Shown here piece by piece: positions 37,875-46,086 of a stretch of 46,086 bases of DNA; the stretch's first letter is position 1; each line of letters begins with the position of its first letter. The notes under the pieces are model-generated. The model saw nothing but the letters and a program-made list of their open reading frames with translations. It was not told the origin of the DNA and did not search any database. A program made the position numbers and the translations under genes. The stretch is taken from assembly GCA_000320545.1 (NCBI GenBank), contig ADNK01000829.1:1-46086 (forward strand), given 5' to 3'. The stretch is from Bigelowiella natans CCMP2755 (Eukaryota > Protista > Cercozoa).

Positions 37875-40800
37875 GTTGTATTTATATTAAATGGACCTGT
37901 CTCTCCTCTCCCCCCCCCTCTCTCTCACTCTTTTTCTTTTACTCTGAGAAGAGCAAGCAGAGTAGAGGGGCATAAGGACGTTAAAGAATTAGAATTTTTT
38001 ATGTATTTTTGTTTCATCAGTCATTACAAATTAGTCAAAACATTCTTCACTCGACTAGGAAGATAACAATAATAAAGAAGAAAAAAAAAAGAAAACAAAT
38101 GTCATCACCATTTGTCATTACTGTCAATCAATGAGCTTTGATTTAATCATTAGCTGCTGGTGGTGGTGGTGGTGGTGTAACCAAATGCAGCATTGGCATT
38201 CTTTGTTTCTTTATTGCCTATAAATGACTTATTTTCCCATCATCATCATCATAATCGTCATCGTCGTTGTCGTTGTCTGTGTTTATTAAAAAAATTTCTT
38301 CTTCATCTTCTTTATTTTTACATATTTTGGATGAAGTACCGTTATCTTGTTTTTATATTCTTTCTCTCACCACTATTTTGTTTTACATATGATATATATA
38401 ATACTGGTTTTGGTGCTGTTTGCTTCTTCCTTCTTTATAATTTAGATACCGCGTGGAGAGTGTGAGTGAGATTGAAGGCCTCCGTATGAACAAATGACAC
38501 AACAAACAAACAAACAAACAACGCTATTTAGTACTAGGGCTGCATTGATGCATATTGATGACTTTTCTAGTGTCCATTTTGTTTATCAGCATATTATTAT
38601 TATATCATCTGAAATAATAATAGTGGGTAGTAGAAAAGTTCATGTGACTGAATTACTTACTCCTAACCAACTGAGAAGAAAACAATAAGAGAAAGAAGGG
38701 GGAAAAGGAGACACAAAACTTTTCATTAATTCGTTTCCGCATTCCTAGTGACACACACGTGCATCATACATAAATATTATACAAAGGTGCAATCATCATC
38801 ACCACCATCATCATCATTAATCACCATTATCCTAATGATATTCATTATCAATATCAATCAATCATCAATCATTCTTTCTTTCTAAGAGCTAACACTATTA
38901 CCAAGGCATTCGTGGGGCTTTAGATAGGAATGGAGTAACGTTACATCCGGTGGGTGTCTGAGGGCTTGTTAAATTATTTTTTGATGATTGATGATTTGCT
39001 GCTGTCGCCAAGAATCATTACGTGCGGTATTGCATTCTCATTATGATCCATCTTTATTCTTGCTATCATAATTACATGATCACAACCATCTATTGTGCAT
39101 TATTGTCTATGACTTCGATCATACCTGCTGCTACTGCTACTACTACTACTACTACTACTACCATGTTCTCTTGATAACCCGGATGTTCCTTGCTTCAATT
39201 ACTATTACAGGGTTATGCTCCTAACTTCCTGCTGCCACTTGCGTCTTTCCTTCAACTATGTGGAACTGAGTTTAAGATATTCTCTGCAGAGGTATTATTA
39301 ACATAATTAAAATTACAACTAGTGAAAATATGTTATTCCAGCAGCAGCAGAAGCAATCCACACTAAAAAATCACATATTATTATAATTTATTATCATTAT
39401 GACTTGTTATTATAATTATTTTTATTATTAAGATTATTAAGATAATGATTTAGTGTTTTCGTAGTGTAGCACCTGAAGTATCATATCATCAATAGTGATA
39501 GAGTTGTAGTATTAGTTAAAATAGTAATGGTAGTAATAGGAGTAGTAATGGCTTTAATTAGCTAATTTGTTAGTAAATGATATTATCATCATCATCATTA
39601 TCCTCATCATCATCAAGCTGTAAATGGTATTATCATCATCATCAAGCTTTCTGCTGCTTAAACTCCCTCTAAAACAAAAATATTGATTATCCTTCGTGAT
39701 ATATGTTCAGTCGAGCAATTTATTTATCAATACCATAGGAAAATAACAGGATTTATTGTGACGTACGTGAGCGACGATTGCGGATTACATATCAAAGTTT
39801 CTCTACAACAGACTTCAGTCCCATCTCAGTTATACCTAAGGGAATTGATTTATTCACCGAATATAAGGTAGTACTACTCACTGTGTTGGTTGGTTGGTTG
39901 CTCTTTGCAAGCAACCAGGACAACAATTACGTTACGTTACTTTGTAGCGAGTGGTGAGAACTATTCTCATTATAGTGTGATTCTTTCTTTGTGAGAAATT
40001 TTCTCATTATTGTCTGATAATTTCTTTCCACCACATCCATCGATCTTCTTCTGCTACTATTATTGTTTTTGTCGTTGTATTTCTGCATGCACTCCTTTAC
40101 TTAGGTTGTGTATGATGAGCGATCTCAAAGACTAAAAAAAGTCCTTCACAAGGAAGATGGTATTACATATAGTTGCTCTTTTTCTTCATCATAAAGAGTC
40201 TGCATATTATTCACATAATGATACAATGATGATAACTTGGAGAAGACAAGAACCACGTAATATAGTGCCAAAAAATACATAAATAAGATTTGCCACTTAC
40301 CAAAGTAGGCATTAATATACTCGCCATAACAATTGAAATGAATATTCATAAGCAACATACTCCTCCTCCGCCTCCTCCTAAATGAAGGTCCAGTGTTGTA
40401 TGAGGGTATCAAAGATAGAGGAGAATTTGGTCTATGGGATGGGGAACCAATCCACATATATTCGGTTTGATGATAGTAGTAGTAGTAGTAGTAGTAGTAG
40501 TAATTAAATGACAACAAGAAGTGTATAATAATTCATTAGCCAGTATGATGATAGCGATAGGCGAATAATGAAACATTAAATATCACTGAATGGATTTTGT
40601 TTTTAAGGGATGGATGGATGGATGGATGGATGATAGATAGATAGATAGATAGCATACAAATGATAAACATGTTATGATAATGACGGAGGGGATGGTGATG
40701 AAGAAGAAGAAGAAGAACAGCAGCAGCTCTGATGAATGCTCAAAGCAAAAAATCTACTACCAACATTACTACCAATATAATAATTTCCTCCTGATTTATC

Positions 40801-41429
40801 ATCCTCATCATCATCATCATCTTCATCATCATCATTGTCATCATCATCATCTTTTAGATGGTACATTCCGAGCAAACTCACCGGATTCTACATATACATC
40901 TCAATGATATACGGTACACTGTTCTAACTATAATGATGACGATGATGTTAGTGTTGTTAGTGCTAATGGTGATTTTGTGAAAAGTACAATATTTATTGTT
41001 GGAAAAGTCTTGTTCTGTAATAGAGGATCTAATCACAACATATTGTGTTGGATGATAATCAGAGCTGATGTTGCCGTAGATGCTGTCAATATCACTGGTG
41101 AGTAATAAATAAAATAAGATGACAATAAAGTACTGCAATATGTACTACTACTACTAGCATAATAACTAAAATCTACTAGCAACATCAGCCAATCTACGAT
41201 AAACCCAGAACAGCACCAGCAAATTCTATTATTAGTACATAGATTATACAGATATATCATTTACAACAATATGTGATACATGGACTGGTTTAGTGAATGG
41301 GGGGGTAACTTAGGACATTCGTTTATAGAGAGTAGTACTCAGTCATCAATCTTTGGAGAAAATTAGGGGGATGGTTGATGGTGGTGGTATTAAGTAGAAG
41401 TAGTAGTTGTAGTATTAGTAGTAGTAGTA

Positions 41430-41478
<49 letters not shown>

Positions 41479-41885
41479 AACAGGCAACGGAATATTATGG
41501 CGTATTATACCAACATATTCAGTAAATCCTGGTTTGATGTGCAACTTATCTTTCGATATAATAGGTTGGTCGGTTTATATCATATATAAAATATTATTAT
41601 GAGAATGTAATGTTCCTTTCCTCTCCAACACAGGAAGTGACAAAAGTATAGATGAAATGAGGGATCTGCTAAATAAGAAGGTATTAGTAGTAAAGCATCT
41701 ACTATTATGTGCATATCTATCAACACTAGGATCATTGTTGTTGTGATTGATTCATTGATTGAGTGTTGGTTGACCTCAAAACATTAATCAGGATACTGCT
41801 GGAAGGTTGTTGTCGTATCGTATTGTAGTAAAAGACGGACAGGTAACTTCTCCGTACAAGTGAACATCATAATTATAGATGAAAA

Positions 41886-41917
<32 letters not shown>

Positions 41918-42242
41918 AAGGCCTAATGTTACTCTTGTGAAGGCTCTCCTCCTCGTGTTCTAAATTTTTTTGTCTTCCATGTTCAAATGGAGGGAGAAGA
42001 AGAAGATGATGAAGAAGAAATAAACATATAGTTCCTTTTTAGTTTGGTTATCCTTGGACTACTATTTGTGGAAGCAAAATACACACATAATTATTACCAA
42101 CATCATCATTTTACATTCATATTCATCTCTTCTCAGGTGAGGGCTGTTTTTCATCACAGCGGGTGAGAAATGAATAGTATTAGTGGTATTAATAGCAGTA
42201 GAATAATATGAGTCATCACCATCCTCCTCCTTTTGAATAATA

Positions 42243-42275
<33 letters not shown>

Positions 42276-42510
42276 GTAGTAATGATTGTTGGTGTTGGAA
42301 CTTCCATCAAATAGGTTTAACTATTATTATCATCAGACATCAGTTGTAGTAATTGTAGTTGTTGTTGTTATCGGTCGTCGATATTTATCAATTTCTGCTG
42401 TTGCTACTACTAAGAATTCTATCATCAGTCGATATTTATCACTTTCTGCTGCTACTACTACTACTGCTACTACTACTACTGCTACTTTTGCTGCCAACAA
42501 CTTATTTCAC

Positions 42511-42541
<31 letters not shown>

Positions 42542-42901
42542 CATAATTTTTTTTACTCCTCCTATTTTTTGTTTTCTTCTTCTTCCTTAGAAATGCTAAA
42601 CGTGCTAAATTTATCGAGGAAATAGTACCATCAATTGGTTCGCTCGTAGCATTGAACCATCATCATCATCATCATCCACAGCCGACAGCATCGATTTCAT
42701 CGCTAGCAACTTTACTGGTACATTATTGCCATTTCTGATGATAAGGATCTTAGTTAACTTCCATTATACTATTTTTCCATTTTTATTTGTGTATTTGTTT
42801 GTCTTCTTTTGCTACTACAAGTGGGTTCCTGCAGGCATGATTGTCAAATCTAAGACTAGGAAGAAGATAAAAGAAGAAGATAGAGAAGGGAAACATGTGC
42901 A

Positions 42902-42932
<31 letters not shown>

Positions 42933-45189
42933 CAACAACCTGAAAATGAGGACGGGGATGATTACATTGATGAAAAGCAGGTGTAGTAGTAGCTAAAAGT
43001 GTAATTGATTGATAAATAATAAATATGATATCTTCTCACGCAAAATCACATTTTGGTGAAAACACTATGGTGAGTGGAAATAACATCATATGAATTAGCA
43101 TTCAAGGAGAAGTACTAGCGAAATTTTAATTATTCATCCTTTCACAAATGAACAGGATGTTAGTTTTCCCAAATCTAGTTTCTACGCATGCAGGTAACAA
43201 TGATGCTGTTGCCCGCAGTATGAAAATACTGATTGCAGTTGTATTAGTAGTAGGAGCATTAGTATGGTAGTATAAAATAAGTTATTGCTGTTTGACAGTA
43301 TCATCCATGTTTTCAAGTAGTCAATTCAACAAATCACTTTCCACACATAAGCTAGTAGTTGCAGTAGCACACAAACACTAATTATTTTGTGAGGAGAGGG
43401 GGGGGAGGGAGGGAGGTAGTAAAAAATACCAGGAGTCTCTCATTTTTTGCCAAATATTACGATTGGCTTAATCTTCAAAAGTAGTGTGTTGTGTGAATTG
43501 TTTTATAATGAATCATCATGTATTCAACAATCATCATTTTATCATCATATTCACCATGGTCATTGCTGAATATTCTCACTTTCACTCTTTGTTGTTAGTT
43601 AGTAGCACTATGTAAATTATATATAATTCTCCAACCCTTTCTACGACAGATGGTATACAAAAATTGGTGACAATGTCCGTTTGACATATGTGTAGTGATG
43701 TGAAAATTCTTCATCATTACTTAGATTCAAGCATCCAGTAGAACTGCCTGGGTTTGTGCATGTACGCCTGGAACAACATGTCCAAGTAAAAGAAAAGGGA
43801 GAGGAGGATGAAATCACAGTATTTCCAGAATTTATACATGGTGGTAACGACATAGGAGACTATTCCTTAGAATCCTCAGCAGTTGAGGATATCGAGAAGA
43901 AAGAGAAGAGGGATATCAATTTGAATACTGAAGATTATGATGATCAAGATCATCATAAACCTCAACGTGGTGCTGGACAACTACCAAGCCAACGACGACG
44001 ACGATATATCTCAGTACCTCTTTGCTGCTTGCGGAAAGCTACTGAACAGGAGAAGTTAGTTCTATTATGAACTAAAAAATGATTCATTTTCGTTTCTGAA
44101 TAATGTACTCATTACGATGGCAATGCCGTCATATGAGTACGTTTCCTTCTTGTGACTCGGCTTTCTTCTCTTTCTTAATGCGTTTTGTAAATTTTTGCAT
44201 GGAAAACTACCGAAGTTAATTTGATGACGAAATTACACACACAATGCACACACAATGCACACACACGCACGCGCACACACACACTCACACACACACACAC
44301 AGAGAGAGAGAGGGGGGGGAGGGGGGGGTAAGGATCGAGATAGTCCAAAAATTCAATCAATCCCCCGCCTATACATACCTAAATGTATATGATATATATA
44401 TATATATATATATTATATTTATGTTATATTTCGTTTGTTCAGGAGCGGATTGAAGAAAAGACGTGATGACATGTTAAAATCCCAAAAGACAGAACTATTG
44501 CAGTCCATCGCTAAACTTGAAACATTGATTAAGGACATAGAATCACCATCAGCATCATCAGCATCATCATCGTTATGGTCGAAAATTGAGAGACTGCGCA
44601 AACGTGTTGGGTCTTTGAGTTTGAAAGACAACCTGAAAGGGATTGTGGATCCTAGGAGGATTAAGGTAGTAGTAGTAGTGGTAGTAGTAGTAGTATTACA
44701 GTACGACAGAATATATCACTACTACCATACCATGTGATGACAATGATACGCTACGAGAGTAACTTCGGCGATGAAATGCGAAAACGCCCTGAACATTGAA
44801 GCTATTTAGCGAACTACACTCATTTCATCGTAGCCATCATCATGTTTCAGATAGACTACACTCATTTCATCGTAGCCATCATCATGTTTCAGATAGACTA
44901 CACTCATTTCATCGTAGCCATCATCATGTTTCAGATAGATCCACGAACTACTAATACATTGAAATCCAACCTATCATTCCATTTTTATCGACCATTATCA
45001 GTAAAACGTACAAATTTACAGCAGAATCCTCATAGTAGAGATGTTACACACAACACATGTGTGCCTTGTGTCAGTTGTGCTGAGAGTGCTAATGAAACGA
45101 CTTCTAACTGTAATCATTTTCAGGCCGCCGATCGTGCACTTCGATACATTGCTTTTCAGCGAAGGGCCATCAAGCGGAACACAAAATGA
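34162..45189 (+). CDS. Large multi-exon hypothetical protein: N-terminal coiled coil, UBA/CUE-like domain, unrecognised central globular region
   Basis: More than 25 small GT-AG exons can be joined in frame from MSGACNEVRVSALRARIAEADAKLKQL. UBA-like segment RTKAILETFPYITK|EQAIAALEMHRYDATRTMSWMISQ (36445-36726). Central region includes ELPGYPENGIVGFLEEAK...ENNRIYCDVRERRLRITY...GNGILWRIIPTY. Last exon ends at TGA 45189. Some junctions are ambiguous. Confidence 0.65.
34565..34717. repeat. 76-bp tandem duplication in an intron
   Basis: GTAGTCAGAAGAAAGCTGCAACAGGGAAG...GGTGGTTATA twice, 1 mismatch. Confidence 0.9.
35124..35237. repeat. 58-bp tandem duplication that copies a splice acceptor
   Basis: CATCATAT(G/A)CTAT(T/C)CTTTGT(C/T)CACTCTTCCACCTCTCTACTACTCATCATAGAGTA twice. 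Confidence 0.85.
44813..44938. repeat. Three perfect tandem 42-bp units spanning a predicted intron/exon boundary
   Basis: ACTACACTCATTTCATCGTAGCCATCATCATGTTTCAGATAG at 44813, 44855 and 44897. Confidence 0.95.
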
Positions 45190-45295
45190 CATTTGAAACT
45201 GTGCATGTGATCGATACAATATTGATGTGGAACAAGTTCAATTGTCATCTTGTGCAATCGTGGCGAGCTAACAGAGCGTGAATTTGAGGCCATGT

Positions 45296-45484
45296 GCACT
45301 GCATCCTTCCTTCAAATGAGAGTTGTCCCTGCCTCTCTGCAATTTTGGAGCTGGCTAGAAAAACTGTGTTCTGGCACAACCTAACCCTAATGTTGGTTTG
45401 GCACTGCATCCTTCCTTCAAATGAGAGTTGTCCCTGCCTCTCTGCAATTTTGGAGCTGGCTAGAAAAACTGTGTTCTGGCACAA
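45296..45484. repeat. 84-bp perfect direct repeat with a 21-bp spacer containing inverted telomeric CCTAACCCTAA
   Basis: GCACTGCATCCTTCC...CTGGCACAA at 45296-45379 and 45401-45484. Confidence 0.9.
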
Positions 45485-45930
45485 ATGAGAGTTGGTGGCA
45501 TGATTCCATGTTGGCCGCTTTTCACAAAAAACGATCAGCAGATTTGCGACAAATCTGTTCAAAATCTTGGAACAAGTTCATTGTTCAAAAGCCATGCATC
45601 TGAATCATTTTTGCGTCGCAGTTCAAAACAACAATGTCTTTGCAACAAATGATGTCAAGCATGACGCTCGATCCAGGATGGGCAACATCAATTGGCAGTC
45701 TGCAGTCCTCAATCTTTTGAGTCGATCCAGGTCCAGCGTCCACAACAAAAACGATTTCCCATGCAAACACGATCAAATGCGCACAGTTGTGCAAGTTGGC
45801 TAGTTGTCAGGTTGACGAGGTGGGCAGCGTTTCTTTTATGTTGCGTTTTAGCCATCCGCAAACCAACGGGTGCAGATCTCATGTCACACCAATTCGTCTG
45901 AGCCATTGCACTTCTAGGGCGATGGAAAGA

Positions 45931-46086
45931 TTCAGGGTTATTGTTAGGGTTAGCGTTAGGGGTAGGGTTAGGCTGGGGCTTAGGTTTCGGTTCAGGCTTA
46001 GGGTTGGGTTTAGGGTTAGGGTTAGGGTTAGGGTTAGGGTTAGGGTTAGGGTTAGGGTTAGGGTTAGGGTTAGGGTCAGGGTTAGG
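45931..46086 (+). repeat. Telomere (TTAGGG)n with a proximal zone of variant repeats
   Basis: Variant units (TCAGGG, TTAGCG, GTAGGG, TTAGGC, TTCGGT, TTGGGT) grade into near-perfect TTAGGG to the end of the window, with the G-rich strand pointing outward. Confidence 0.97.

Larger units (their letters stand above)
16490..44700. repeat. Very dense microsatellite landscape in introns and low-complexity exons: (GAT)n, (TAG)n, (TAA)n, (CAA)n, (GAA)n, (CT)n, (TG)n, (TA)n
   Basis: Most introns of the MAPK, Lon-N and distal genes contain one or more SSR tracts, often starting at the donor itself (GTAGTAGTAG). Confidence 0.95.

Noticed and set aside
16200-44750. Dozens of 60-150 aa ORFs in the supplied track (poly-L/I/Y/S/H/V)
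   Set aside because: They are translations of microsatellite introns or antisense frames; the real coding sequence is in short spliced exons.
44813-44938. CRISPR-like array
   Set aside because: The units are head-to-tail with no unique spacers, there are no cas genes, and the context is eukaryotic.
45245-45906. Seven overlapping subtelomeric ORFs as genes
   Set aside because: They are open because loss of TpA removes TAA/TAG stops; none has a recognisable domain.
45913-45919. TCTAGGG, the chlorarachniophyte nucleomorph telomere unit
   Set aside because: It is a single occurrence, the array is TTAGGG, and intron sizes are those of a host nucleus.

Overview
This is eukaryotic nuclear DNA from the last 46 kb of a chromosome arm, ending in a (TTAGGG)n telomere. 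A signal-peptide plus transit-peptide leader and a TxH-type MAP kinase suggest a SAR-lineage alga with a secondary plastid, possibly a chlorarachniophyte (inference only). By splicing GT-AG exons by hand I recovered nine protein genes in strictly alternating orientation: HMG-box (+), CTD small phosphatase (-), hypothetical (+), stand-alone dynein-AAA5/IQANK1-like domain (-), PH-RCC1-FYVE (+), hypothetical (-), atypical TTH MAP kinase (+), Lon N-terminal-domain protein (-), and a large orphan with a UBA-like domain (+). All four head-to-head gaps carry the palindrome TAGATCTA. All four tail-to-tail gaps and the subtelomere carry islands rich in TG/CA that keep CpG; TpA is strongly depleted where I counted it, including a 338-bp subtelomeric stretch with none. 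The best candidate for an undescribed system is a region-targeted TpA->TpG/CpA (A-to-G) hypermutation, the mirror image of fungal RIP. Most ORFs in the supplied track are microsatellite artefacts. All counts and exon boundaries were made by eye.
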